From: Vicugna vicugna
Lineage: Eukaryota
Assembly (NCBI GenBank): GCA_013265495.1
Contig: MU058365.1
Coordinates: 1-64,000 of the forward strand
DNA length: 64,000 nt
Direction of reading: 5' to 3'
Shown here: positions 24,806 through 38,120 of the stretch, piece by piece
How positions within the stretch are numbered: the stretch's first letter is position 1
How the letters are laid out: the number at the start of each line of letters is the position of its first letter
Program-made: the position numbers and the translations under genes
The notes under the pieces: generated by a model
The model's input: only the letters and a program-made list of their open reading frames with translations
Told to the model about the DNA's origin: nothing
Database searches by the model: none

Positions 24806-25939
24806 CATGAGAAGCCAATCCAATTATCTAATGAAAAAAATAACATTCAATAATACTTGAATAAAAGGTTATCAGCAGAAATATTTAATTTAAAATATTT
24901 TAATCTTTAAGTCTCTTTCGTCTGTCAATTCTAACCAAATTTTCTGTAAGATCATGTGATATGCCAGTTAGAATGTTTTTTTCAGCGGGTGCAAATATCA
25001 CAAAAATCTGATTTTTGCAGATGTTCAACATTCCAAAGACTGATGTCTTTTTTTCACTGAATTCTTACATAATATAATGCCTCTTTAAAAGACTCTAGGT
25101 AGAAATAAGACTCAATAGTGAAATAAATTCCATTAACACATTTTCATGAAAATAATAAGTTTAGTGACAACCTTCCAAAGTCCCAAGTGGCAAGGTGGTA
25201 AAAACTGTCTTTTAAAGCCCACGTCAGCTATTTACACCTTCCACTAATAAGAAAAGCCATTTCTTTTCAGACTAAATAAGACCCTGAAGGATATACTCTA
25301 AAGGCCAGCACTCATACAATGTTTATTTACATTTTTCTTCATAGTCTTTAATCTCATCTGAAAAATTTTAGCTTGACATCACTGTTTTATCTATAAACAT
25401 TATGTTCTCTTCTTTATTATAACATTTTATTTTCTTCCTTTTAATATTACCATTCATTTCCATATAACCATTTGTAATATAAATTATAATTACCAGTAGT
25501 TCATTTTACACCAGAAATCTTGGTAACTTTTAAAATCAACTCATCATATTAGAAAATCATCACAATAAATTCAAATAATAATTCATGGCATGTTTGTTTT
25601 TAACATCTAAAATGAGTAAAATTCTCTTATATCTCAGGACTTAAATAAGGTAAAATGATATTGGAACATACATCTCAAAAAATAATATTTAATTCTTATG
25701 AACTGAATCCCCAAATAATGCATCTCCATGTCTAACTGTATATGGTATATAAAAATGTATGAAAATGTTGTGACAGAAACTACAATGATTTTCCTAAAAC
25801 AAATACTTACAAAGCAAACCTTGCCCCCTCCTTTGAAGGTCAGACATTTGTTTAAATTGTATGCCTGGGGCTCTTAGTTATGATTAATCACTTTTATACA
25901 TACCATTTTCCCTATATCTTCATTGTTCCACAGGACTAT

Positions 25940-26925
25940 CTTTTTAACTATTTTAACAGTTTTAGATTTAAAGACAAATTGAGCAGATGTCACAGAGAGT
26001 TTATTACCACCCTCTGCCCTAACACACAACAGTTTCCCCTATTATTAACATCTTACATTAGTATGGCACATGTTGTAATTTATGAACTAATACTGAATAT
26101 TATTATAACTAGTCCATAATTATTCATATTTCCTTAGTTTTCACATAATGTCTTCCTTCTGTTCCAGTATCCCATTCAGGATACCACTTACATTTTAGTC
26201 ACCATATCTTTTTAGGCTCCTCTTAGCTGTGAACGTTCCTCAGACATTTGTTTTTCCCTTTTTAGGATCTTGACAGTTTTGAGTAGTCATGGTTAGGTAA
26301 ACTGTAGGATGCTTCTTTATTGGAATTTGTCTGATGTTTTTCTCATGTTTAGACTGGGGTTAAGGACTTTTTGTAAGGAGGATCACAGAACAGAGGTAAG
26401 GGCCATTTTCATCACATCATGTCAAGGGTAAAAGCTATTTCATATGACTTATAACTCCTGATGTTGACCTTGTTTATCTGGCTAAAGTAGTGTTTGTCAG
26501 ATTTCTCCTGTAAAGTTATTCTCTCTCTCCCTGTCCTCACTTCCCACATTGTACTCTTTGGAATGAAGTCACCATGCGCAGCCCATACTTTAGGAGTGAT
26601 TAGCTATGCTCCCCTACATAATTTATTTGGTATTATTCTGTATGAAGAGATGTGTCTCTTCACCTCCATTTATTACTTTATCCAATTATTTATTTATATC
26701 AGTATGGATTCATATTTATTGTATATGGTGCTGTACTATTTATTATTTTTGTGTGTGTGTTCAAATATTTCCAAGGTTGCCCATCAGAAGCTCTCTCATC
26801 GTTTGCTCCTCTGCCCCTTTGACATAACCCCTGCCCATGCTTTTTTGCTTTTTAAGCACTTCCTTACTTTCTGCCACTACAAGATGCTCCAGGCTGATTT
26901 TGTATATTTTCTGCTCCAGTCCCTA
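25940..26925 (-). mobile_element. Old L1MC-like 3' region
   Basis: Reverse L1MC-type 3' UTR motifs (ttctgttccagtatcccattcaggataccac; aagcacttccttactttctgccactacaagatgctccaggct). Confidence 0.7.
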
Positions 26926-27197
26926 AAACACAACATACACGCACAAGACAAGGGGAGAATAACATGTAATGATGGAAGGAGATTGAAGTGCTGCAGCGGC
27001 AAACCAAGAGACATCAAGGATTGCTGGCACACCACCGAAAGCTAGGAACAGGCCAAAAATGATTCTTCTTTCCAGGTGTTAGAGTGGCACCTTATTTTTG
27101 ACTTATACTCTCCGGAACTGTGAGGGAATAAAATTCTATTGTTTTGAGCCAGTTTGTGGTACTTTGTCATGGATGGATGCCTTAGGAAATGAATACA
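26926..27197 (+). mobile_element. MLT1 (MaLR) LTR 3' part
   Basis: caaggattgctggcacaccaccgaaagctagg; ctccggaactgtgagggaataaaattctattgttttgagccagtttgtggtactttg...aatgaataca. Confidence 0.8.
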
Positions 27198-27199
27198 TC

Positions 27200-27790
27200 C
27201 ACCTGAAAAGTGCCCCCGCCCTATTTGGTTTTCCCCAGCCAATAAATGGCACCACCATTCACTCAGTTGCTCAAGCCACAAACTGGGAGTTCCTGATTCT
27301 GCTCTTTCTCTCATCCCCACATCTAATTTATCAGAAACCTTTATTGATTCATTCCCCCAAACATACCTTGAACCCATCTACTTCTTTCCATCTCCTCAGC
27401 TACCACGATAGTCCAAATGATTATTATCCCTAGCCTGTACAGATTACTGCAATAGCCTCTCAGTTGATCTACTTCAATTCTTACCTTTTTCCAGTCCTTT
27501 CTCCACATAGCATCCAGTTGTCTTCTTAAAATGTGAATCAGATCATGTTACTTCCTCGCTTAAAAAAAAAATTCAAACTCCTTATGGGACTCACAAAGGC
27601 TGTATGAGGGTCTGACTTGACTCCTGCCAAATTTCTCCAACTTTGTATCTGGTTACCCTCTTCCCCATCCACAAAACTTCAGCCTCTATGGCAGCTCTCT
27701 AGTGCCTCATGGCTTTTACCCTTCTGTCTGGTCCCTTGTCCTTCATACTCTTCAAGCAGTTAGATCCTTCTCAATTTCTTTAGGTCTAAC
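27200..27790 (+). mobile_element. L2 fragment
   Basis: aaatggcaccaccattcactcagttgctcaagcc; gattactgcaatagcctc; aatcagatcatgttacttc. Confidence 0.7.
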
Positions 27791-28939
27791 TTTAAACATT
27801 TATTTGTGAGATGAATATAAGATAAGAATGAGATCCTTATCTACTGCAGTTACAGAAACTGCCACTCAGGAAAGAAAAAAAGATTATTATTTCCTACCAG
27901 TATTCAAATTAAGAAAGTTTTGAATAAAATCACTAATATAATGCAGGTAATTTATTGGTCTTTTATATTATGTACAAGATCTCTATTAGGCCAGGAGGGA
28001 AGGACACTAATATAGAACCTAAATAAATACTGTGTTGTTAAAGACTTGGAAAACAGTGGGTCAGCTCTTGTTTTCAGAGACAGTTCCCTTATTTGGGCAG
28101 AATTAAAGATATTTTGACCTAGGAAATTTTTCCTACTGACAAGAGAAACATTCTTGCCTCATTCCTCTTTAGAATTTAGTCAATGCCTACAGCCTCTGCT
28201 CTAGAATAGAACAAATTATCACTGGATCAGGTATTAACACCATACAGACACATAAACTCAATTTTATATTTGAACTGTTTTATCTTCAAAATCCCCTCAC
28301 TCATAATTTTTCAGAGCTGCCTTCCCCAAAATTAAAATATATATATTCTTCATACATGCCATATTAACCATGTTTTTCAAACAGAAGGTCTTTTTATGGA
28401 TTGTAAAATCAACTTATTAGTGAACATTTTAAAAACATGAATAGAAAAAAATGAATAGAAATATCAGAGTTCAGCCCACTATTTTAAGTTTCATAAAACT
28501 TTCATTTAAGGTTGTATTTGTGTGAGAGTGCATGTATGCACTAAGTCACGGTATATCTCTTACTGTGGATTGAAGTTTAAAAAAACAGATTCAAAGCATT
28601 GTTATATATGTCTACTTGAGCAATAATCAAATCATGTCACTCGCATGCCTGAAATTCTTCATGACTTCCTAATTTACTTAAAATAAAATCTAACCTCATC
28701 ATAGTCTATAAAATCCCTATACAGTCTGAATTCTGCCTCTCTTTCAGTCTTTTTATGTGCCCACCTTCCTCTTTATCCACTAGTACCCCAGTAATATGTC
28801 TCCTTTCAGGTCCTCAAACATGCCAAGCTATTTTGCTCACAGGATCTCTATATATGCTCTTTTCTCCTTTATTATATTTTCTGTAATTCACTTTAAAATA
28901 CATTAGTATACAGTGAGATGGTTTGTTTAAAACCCTTCT

Positions 28940-29215
28940 ATTGCTTCTCAACAAGGTTAGGTTGAGATAGGATGGTAACAGAGGAAGTGGTATATGCTCC
29001 TACAAGGAACATTTGGAAATATCTAAGTGGAAGGGTAGTTTTTGTTCTACAAAACAGCTGGAGGTTGAGGGTGGGGGACTGCTACTGACTGGCATTTGTG
29101 GGCAAGATTCATGCTAAATATCCTATAATACATAAGACAGTCCTGCTTAATGAAAAACATCCCACTTGAACTACTAAAAGCACATTATCCTCACCCCCAT
29201 TATGAGAAATTGGAT
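28940..29215. mobile_element. MER20B-like hAT DNA transposon
   Basis: acatttggaaatatct...tgctactgactggcattt...atgctaaatatcctataatacataagacagtcc. Confidence 0.5.
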
Positions 29216-29334
29216 CCTTAATCTAAGGGCAGTTACTTAATATTTAAACCACCATAATTCAGAAATACCCATTCCAGGGTATCTGAATAACAGACAGACA
29301 GACATAAAAAAGCAAACAAAAATCCTACTCTCTA

Positions 29335-30690
29335 AAGTTGAGTTTGGTCCATTCACATTTAATGTAATTACCAGTATGGTTGGATTTATGTCTGTTTCTT
29401 TGATATCTGTTTTCTATATGTCTTACAGCTTTTAAGTTTCTCTGTTCTTTTTTTATTGCCTTCTTTTATGTTAAACAATTTTTAATACACCATTTTAATT
29501 TCTCTGATTTTTAAACTATAATTTTGGGTTATTTTCTTCTGTATTTTTCTCAGTTGGTTGCTCTAAAGATTACAATATATATCTTATCATAATCTACTTA
29601 ATGTTAATACTAATTTAATTCTGGTAAAATATAGGAACTTGGCCACAACATAGCTCCACTTTCTTCTCCTTCTTTTGCCCTACTATTGTTATATACACAA
29701 TATCACTATACATTATAAGCCCAATGAACAGTATTGTAATTACTGCTCTACACAATCTTATATCTTGAAAAGATACTAAGAGAAAAAAATATTTATACCA
29801 ACTTTTACATTTTCCCAAATGTTTACCATTTCTGGTGTTCTTATTCCTGTGGATCTGAGTTATGGTCTGGTATCATTTTCCTTTAGCCTAAAGTACTTCT
29901 TTTGGTATATCTTGTAATTTTCTCAGTGTTTATCTGGAAGCACCTTTATTTCACCCTCACAGTTTTGCTGGATATGGAAATCTTGGTTGACAGTATTTTT
30001 TTCTCCTCCAGAACTTTGAATATGCCATTCTTCTGCCTTTGAATATGACTCCACTAAAACAGTTACATCTTTTTGTTATTCCCTTGTACATGATGAACTG
30101 TTTTTCTCTTGCTTCTTTCCAGATTTTGTTTTTCTTTGGGTCTCAATAGTTTGACTATGAAGTATCTAGATGTGGATCTCTTTGTGATATTCTTTCATAT
30201 TTAGGAAGTTTTCAGCCATTGTATCTTCAAATATTTGTTCTGCTTCTTTCTCTTCTCTCCTCCTGAGACTCTTATTACACTTACATGGGTACACACTTGA
30301 TGTCTCCCAAGTCTCTAAGATTCTGTTCATTCTCCTTCAGTCTCCAGTTCTCTGTTCTATAGATTGGGTAATTTCTCTTGATTTATATTTCAGCTCACCA
30401 ATTCATTCTTCTGCCATCTCAAATCGTCTGTTAGCCAATCTACTGAATTTTCATTTCCATTATAGTACTTTTCAAATCTAGAATTTCCATTTTATTCTTT
30501 TAGTTTTTATTTGTTTGTTGATTTAATTACTTGAACATATTTATAATAGCTATTTTTAAATCTTGATCTGCTAAATCCAGTATCAGGGCCTACTCAAAAG
30601 TTAATTTCTATTGACTGCTTTCCCCCCTGAGTATGACTCATATTTTCTTGTTGAAAACTGGAAATTTTGCATAATAAATTGTAGCAATTC
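29335..30690 (-). mobile_element. Old L1M ORF1/inter-ORF region
   Basis: T-rich reverse ORF1-like motifs (gaagttttcagccattgtatcttcaaatattt; ttcttctgccatctcaaatc). Confidence 0.65.
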
Positions 30691-30694
30691 TGAA

Positions 30695-31115
30695 TTCTGG
30701 AAAAGGCACAGCTACAGAAACAATAAAAAGATCATGGTTTCCAGGGGTTTGGGGAGAGGGAGGGAGGGAGGAATGAACAGATGGAGCACAAAGGATTTTT
30801 AAGGCAATGAAATTATTCTGTATGATACTATAGTAGTAGCTACATGTCATTATGCATTTGCCAAAACCCATACAATGCACAACATCAAGAGTGAACCCTA
30901 AAGTAAACTATGGACTTTGGCTGATAATAATGTGTCCATGTTGGTTCATCAATTGTACCAAATATGCCACACTGATGAGAGATGCTGAGGGTAGGGGAGG
31001 ATATAGGTGTGGGTGGGGAGGGCTATGTGTGAACTCTCTGTATTTTCTGCTCAATTCTGCTGTGAACCTGAAACTTCTCTAAAAAAAATTAAGTCTATTA
31101 ATAAAAAAAAAAAAG
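30695..31115 (+). mobile_element. L1MC1-like 3' end
   Basis: caagagtgaaccctaaagtaaactatggactttgg...ctgtgaacctgaaacttctctaaaaaa with A tail. Confidence 0.85.
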
Positions 31116-32081
31116 GGCAAAAAGAAAGATCATGGACTTAAAGCCCAATGCAGACTTTGCCATGTTCCATAAACTCAAAAATGCACCCTCAATCCTAGAC
31201 AGTAGATTTAAATAAACATTCAATTCATTACAATGAGGACCAAGAAAAAGAGTTTAAATGGGTGAAAACAATCCATCACCACTACATCACCACAATCCAA
31301 AACCTCCTTAAAAAAAGCCATACAGACAGTTAAGTTAGTAAAAGAATCTTTGGACATTAAAGATAGTAATTTACACTGACAAGCTGAAACTAATTTCTCT
31401 CCTGCAATCTAAAATGATAGATAGTAAGCAGTAATTTTTACATATAATTGGATTAAATGTAGCTTTAATGTACTCTTTTCCTTCAATATAGCTTATCTTT
31501 GAGGTTCTGCTGAATTTTAGTTGCCATAACAACCTGAGTAAACCCTTTATTGCTGTAGATATCTGTAGCTATTTATAAATACAACAGCTGGATCTGTCCA
31601 GCTAAATTCTTTTATAAGACACAAAAGCAGTTTTCCTTTATTCTGAATAAACTTGAGAAAAATGTCAGGTACCATTAAATGTATAGAAATGTACCATCAA
31701 CTATATAGAATAAATCAGAAAATGCCTGCTCGCACTGTTTCCTGAAGAAGTATCAATATAAACACAAATCTTTATAAATTATCAACCTTTTTCTGAATTG
31801 AAATATGCTTAGATATTTTAAATGAATTTCTCCCCTCTATAGTTAAAAAATACAAGACTATACACAAAGAAGTAAACACTGGCATTTACATAAAACAATA
31901 TTTATCAGCAGCTAAGGCAAACTAAATTCATTAAGAAAAATAGAATAAATATTTTATAGCTGAATCCTCTTTTCAAAATGATTATATTGGTTCTATTAAA
32001 ATGACTTATAATAATTAGACTGGAGAAATGTCTACTTTGCCTGATAAACTTTTTGAGTACACCCAATTTAAAAATAAAAGG

Positions 32082-32224
32082 TTTATTCTGCAGCATGTAG
32101 CAGCTGATTAGCAGCTTCTTTCTTAGATAGGATCTGTGCCCATGCTACACAGTCTCACAAAGTGTTGGCTCAATAGATCACTCAGATTAAGACTGCTATA
32201 TTTAGAACAACCTACAGTTTTTGC
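32082..32224 (-). other. Candidate alternative terminal exon
   Basis: Acceptor ttttttttcctgtag|; 33 open codons then TAA (32123-32125); AATAAA at 32082-32087. Confidence 0.3.
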
Positions 32225-33478
32225 CTACAGGAAAAAAAAACTTTTAAATTATGTATAAATAAATGTATTAACTGATACTCAGTATATACATGTTCTTTCC
32301 CGGATTTAGATTTTCATCTCTGTGCTCATCTCCTTTCAAATCCCTTTCTGCAATTATAATCTGTATGTTTCAAAAGCAAATATAGTATCTTACAATCAGT
32401 ATATTTGGGCATAGGCTATTAATTTGTATAAAAACTAAATTTTCACCTTATCTATATTTAATCTATGCTTAATTTTACAATAATTAAATAATGTATAAGA
32501 CAATTTCCTAAGGAAAAAATATTAAGAAATCAAACAACAGGCAATTCAAATAGCAGCAGCAATGTTATTTCCAAATTTCAAAGGTTTACAATAGATGCAT
32601 AAAAATATTTTATATTCATTTCTGTTGTATTTTGAAATGAAACATATCCAATTATTAAATGAGGCTGTTTCCCTTTCACCTAAATCTTTCAGAGAACAGA
32701 ATAATTACAATGCTAAGAAATCATTCCTGTGCCTGGAATATCAAGTAAGTCTGCCTTTCATGCAAGTACCCACATGATTATTTTCCTGTTACTTTTATAG
32801 TTCCTTTTCTGCCCATTTCATTCCTTGAACAATTTATCAAAAGTGCTTACATGGCAGAAATATGCCTATTTAATTTTCTCTTCAACTAGATACAATTTTT
32901 CTTAGGTGATGAAAATGAGGATAAGAATTTATTCTTTTATTTTGCCTTTATACTTTAAAAAGTGCTCACATACACTATATTATCTGGTGCACAAACAATG
33001 CTTTGACATAGGTAAGAGAGAGATTATTCTCATTTTGAAAATCAGAAAAAATTAGGCTAGAAGGTTTGCCCTAGGTCAAACAAGAAGTGCAAGAATAATC
33101 AGAACCCAGCTCTCTTGACATTTCTTTTTCACAACACTTTGCTGCCTCCCTATTTTAAGTGACAAGAGGGAGAGACTGGTGCAACTGACTTTGGCAGCCT
33201 GCAGTTGTTACAGACTCTGAACAACAGAATCAATTACAATCCATATTCTCCAACAGCAAGCCTTAGCAGTATGGTAGATCTGTCTGATATCATAGCTTTG
33301 GTAACCAGAGGCTTAAACTTATGCTAATTATGATTAGAATTTGCCTATAGAACACGAACACACACACACATACACACACACACACACACAAACTGTATTC
33401 CAGAAAAGAACCACCTATTGGGTCCAAACTTTCACATTTTCTATTCATGGCCAATCAGTGTTTAAAATAGGAACTATC

Positions 33479-33643
33479 AGGGCAGAAGGGTATAGCTCAA
33501 GTGGTAAAGTGCATGCTCAGCATACACAAGTCCCAGCTTCAATCCTCAGTACTGCCATTAAACAAATAATTAAATAAATAGATCTAATTACCTAATCCCC
33601 CCTAAAAAAACTAAAAACACAAAAACTAACTAAATAAATAAAT
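33479..33643 (+). mobile_element. Camelid tRNA-derived SINE
   Basis: gggtatagctcaagtggtaaagtgcatgctcagc. 15-bp TSD aaaataggaactatc (33464-33478) / aaaataggcactatc (33644-33658) at a TTT|AAAA site. Confidence 0.9.
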
Positions 33644-34699
33644 AAAATAGGCACTATCTTAACCAATGAGCAAGTTTACAAATGGCTGTGGGCTACACCT
33701 TTAGGAATGGGAATGCATTCTCTATTTTTAGAAAACACTTAAATCTTAGTGTAAGGCCAAAACAGAAAGGAAACAGAAACTGTCTCCAACTCTGACATTC
33801 TTCCTACCAGCTAACAATATAGCAAAAACCTTTAAGTTGTTCTAACCCTAATTATCAGCTAAACACATAACAAAATCAGAAACAGGGTCATATTCTCTCT
33901 TGTTTTGGTTGAGGTTGAGGGGGGAATAAGGTGAGCGGGTAAGCGGGTGAGAGAAAGAGAGAAAGAGTTGGCAACTATCCTTCTAAGTAAACAACCCACT
34001 ACTGTTCATGTTTTATAATGCCTGTTCCAATCACTTGTTTATCTCATTCAGTGCCACATTTCAGTGCTTTCTTCGATTTATTTTATACTGCTTTTTGCTG
34101 TTGTTATTTGTCCACCTCCATCATTATATCTTTCTTTCTATCTCTCTTTCTACTAATCCTCATTCCTATCTCAGCAGTCTTTATTTTTGGCCTGCCAGAT
34201 TCCTCTTTGACACTGCCACTTAAAGCTTTGCCTTCATCAACTCATGCCTTAAAGTGCTTTAAAATGATCTCTTACATTTCTCTTGATCTTCTTTCAAAAT
34301 CTCATCACCTTGATGCATCTTAGAAAGTTATTAGGATTTCACACAATTCAGTGCACTCCCAATCCGTCTCTAGCAAAGAATAATGAAGTTAGCCTAGGAA
34401 AACCCTTTCACCAATCCCATCAACTCTCAAAATAAATTCCCTTCATTGTTGAAGAGGACTTCAGTTGCTATTCTGTTTCTATCTCTTCTACTAGTTTCCT
34501 GAGCCCTAATATTTGCTTTTCAATGGAGAGAGTCCATTCTCATTATATTGGGAAAGTATCTGTCCTGCTCTGTTAAGTTATATCAAACATCTAAAAGTGT
34601 ATATACAAAGATGCATGATTATTCTGGTCCCTCTGAGTGGCACCCACTGGACAAGGGGCTTGAATGTAGGAATCTTCACATTAAAATGAAATAGCTTCT

Positions 34700-35108
34700 G
34701 CATCAACCTAAATGTCCATCGATAGACGAATGGATAAAAAAGTGGTATATGTATACAGTGGAATACTACCCAGCCATAAAAAAGAATGAAAAAGTGCCAT
34801 TTGCAGCAACAAGGACAGACCTAGAGATTATCATACTAAGTTAAGTCAGATACAGAAAGACAAATATCATACGATATCACTTACAGGTGGAATCTAAAAT
34901 ATAATACAAATAACTCATTTACAAAACAGAAACAGACTCACACAGAAAACAAACTTACGGTTACCAAAGGAGAAAGAGGGTGGGGAGGAATAAATTTGGA
35001 GTTTGGGATTAGCAGATACAAACTACTATATGTAAAACAGGTAACAATATCCTACTGTACAGCACAATGAATTATATTTTAAAAAAATAAATACAAAATA
35101 CAAAATAC
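34700..35108 (+). mobile_element. Short LINE-1 3' end
   Basis: caacctaaatgtccatcg...; 15-bp TSD aatgaaatagcttct at 34685-34699 and 35109-35123. Confidence 0.9.
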
Positions 35109-35579
35109 AATGAAATAGCTTCTTCTTTTTCTGGTGAACTCCTTCCTCCTAACCAGGTAACTATAAAAACACAAAGTCTAGCTGAAGGACACTAATATTA
35201 AATATAGTATAATCACTTATAGAGATTGCTTACCATCTACACTTTAAAGATCACAGCTTACAATTAAAATTAAGCACACCATTAAATGTCTCAGATTAAG
35301 TAATTTTTATTTTATTATAATGCAAAATTTGGTATCATAGTTTGTTGTTCATACAGTACAGCTTATCTGTTTATCTAAAATCAGTAGGACTATTGCTACT
35401 AACCTTTAATTATGACTCACTCCCACAAGTAATTTCTTTTATTCATGATATACTTTAAATGTATTTATTTTTAAATACTTGTTTGTATACCTAAATGAAA
35501 TAACTTAGCACACAGAGAATAATTCTGCTGAGTTTTTAGCACAATTTGGACACTATGATGAAATAACAGCCATTGATGG

Positions 35580-36880
35580 GAACTCAAAATGGATTAAAGA
35601 AATACTTAAGAATAAGACCTGAAACCATACAATTCCTAAAAGAAAATATAGAGGAAAAGCTGCTTGATATTGGTCTTGGCAATGATTTTTTGGGCTTGAT
35701 ATCAAAAGCACAGGCAACAAAAGCAAAAATAAACAAGTGGCCCTACATCAAACTAAAAAGTTTCTGCACAGTAAAGGAAATAATCAACAAAACGAAAAGG
35801 CAACCTATAGAATGGGGGGAACTATCTGCAAATCATATATCTGACAAGGGGTTCATATCCAAAATATATGTGGAACTCATACAACTCAACAGCAAAAAAC
35901 AAACAACAACAAAAAACACACCAAGCAACTTGATTAAAAATGGGCAAAAGACCTAAACAGACATTTTTCCAAAGAAGACAAACAGCCAAGAGATACATGA
36001 AAAGATGTTCAGCATCACTAATCATCAGAGAAATGGAAATCAAAATCACAATGAGATATCACCTCATATCTGTTAGAATGTCTATTGTCAAAAAGTCAAA
36101 AGATAACAAGTGCTAGGATGTGGAGAAAAGGAAACCCTTGTGCACTGCTGGTGAGAATGTAAATTGCTACAGTCATTATAGAAAACAGTACGGAGGATCC
36201 TCAAAAAATTAAAAACAGAACTACCATATGATCTAGCAATGTTTATATATTTAAGGGAAATTAAATCACTATCCTGAAGAGATATCTTCACTCCCATGTT
36301 CATTGCAGCATTATTCACAGTAGCAAAGATATAGAAACAACCTGTCCGTGGACAGATGAATGGAGATATATATATATATCTCTACACAGTTAAATATTAT
36401 TTAGCCTTAAAAAAGAAGGAAATCCTACCAACATGGATGAATCTGGACGACATTATGCTAAGTGAAATAAGCCAGACAGAAATACAAATATCACATTATC
36501 TCACTTATATGTGGAAATATTTTTTTTAAAGTCATTCTCATAGTAATAAGAGAGTAGAATGGTAGTTACCAGAAACTAGATGGGTAGAGAAAACGGGAAA
36601 TACTTATCAAAGGGTATAAGCTTTCAGTTATAAGATTAATAGATTCACAGCATAGTGACCATAGTTAATGATAATGTATTATATATTTGAAATTTGTTAA
36701 GCAGTAAATCTCAAGTAACATACACACACAAAATAGAAACTATGGGAGAGGATGGATATGTTAATTAGTTTGGCTGTGGTAATTATTTTACTACAATGCA
36801 TACATTTATCAAAACATTATATACATTAAATACAATTATTATTTGTCAAAAATAATATATAAAATTTTTTATTTTAAAAA
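35580..36880 (+). mobile_element. 5'-truncated LINE-1 (L1MA-like 3' UTR)
   Basis: ORF2 C-terminal fragment IRPETIQFLKENIEEKLLDIGLGNDFL...KLKSFCT, followed by 3' UTR. Confidence 0.9.
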
Positions 36881-37084
36881 TAGTTACTGATGTGTATTCA
36901 TACCCCATTTTATTCATTCTAACTTATTCATATATTTTGTCAAAGTTTTAAAGTTATGTATAAATGCATTTTCTATTTATATCATAATAGGTACATTCCT
37001 TTAAGACACCGATCATGTCTTATACAGTTGATTCCCAAGTAATCTGAAACAAGAAAATAACATTTATTGCAGATTAAAAAGGGT

Positions 37085-37290
37085 CCTGCACTTAGTTTAA
37101 CACATCATGTATTTAACCCTCCTAGCAATCCTGTAAAGTATTATATAACTCCATTTTCCTGATAAGAAACTCAAGGTTTGAGAGGTTAAGTACCTTGCTC
37201 AAGGTTACATAATTAGTAAGTGGAGCCAGAATTAATTCTAAGTCTTTTTGACACTGAAATCCATACCCTTTATCATTGTGTTATACTGTT
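37085..37290 (-). mobile_element. MIR SINE
   Basis: Core ccattttcctgataagaaactcaaggtttgagaggttaagtaccttgctcaaggttacat. Confidence 0.7.
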
Positions 37291-37899
37291 TCTTATGTAT
37301 TCAAGAAAAACATGTAATTGGAAATATGGCTATAGAAAATCAACAGCCATAACAACAGTTATAAGATTTCATCATCTCATTTGATAAGAATTTATAAAGA
37401 GAAAAACGATTTTTACAAATCTATTTGCCAAAGATTTATTGTGCACTTAGTATGTATGAAGCAATGTTCAAAGATTCCTGTCCTTAAGGAGCTTATATAA
37501 AGAAGTCTTTCCATGAAGCAAGAAAGTGCCAAGGAACTAAGAAAGAGGCGCTACAAAATGACAAAGTACGAAATGGAGATGGTAATCATCAGCAGTAAAA
37601 TTTACCCAGGATCTAAGTGATCAAATATTGCTGGCTTACATATGGGTTGCCAGTGCATGAGATACCAAGAAGTTAGTGAACTTGGGTACTATATTAAAAG
37701 CTTACATTAATTAAAGCCTGTATAAGGAAATAAGTAGCCCTCAAATATTTATAATTAAAATTCAATTTTCTTTTTCCCTGTATCCCTACAATAGTAATGT
37801 TAAGTGGTTTGGGATCATCTTTATTGTAAATTCATTAAAATGGGAATAAAGATACATTTATTATCTTTGTCAGTGCCAACAAGTAGTCACTAAAATATG

Positions 37900-38120
37900 T
37901 TTTTGGGTAAGATGTTCTGAATTAAATATGAATCTACTACTTGTTAACACGTGTGACCTTAGGCAACTTATTTAGCCTCTCCATATGCCTCACGTTCCTT
38001 ATCTGTAAAATAAAGATAATAAGAGTTCCTATCTGATGGTTGTTGTGAGGGTTGAATTAATGTGTTTTACTTAGCACAGGGTCTGACACAGTAAGCACTC
38101 AATAAAACTTAACCATTATT
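37900..38120 (+). mobile_element. MIR SINE
   Basis: tgtgaccttaggcaacttatttagcctct...cctcacgttccttatctgtaaaat...cacagtaagcactcaataaa. Confidence 0.8.

Noticed and set aside
26494..27045. 183-aa hydrophobic ORF
   Set aside because: Non-ATG start; spans antisense L1MC and an MLT1 LTR; hydrophobicity reflects T-rich DNA.
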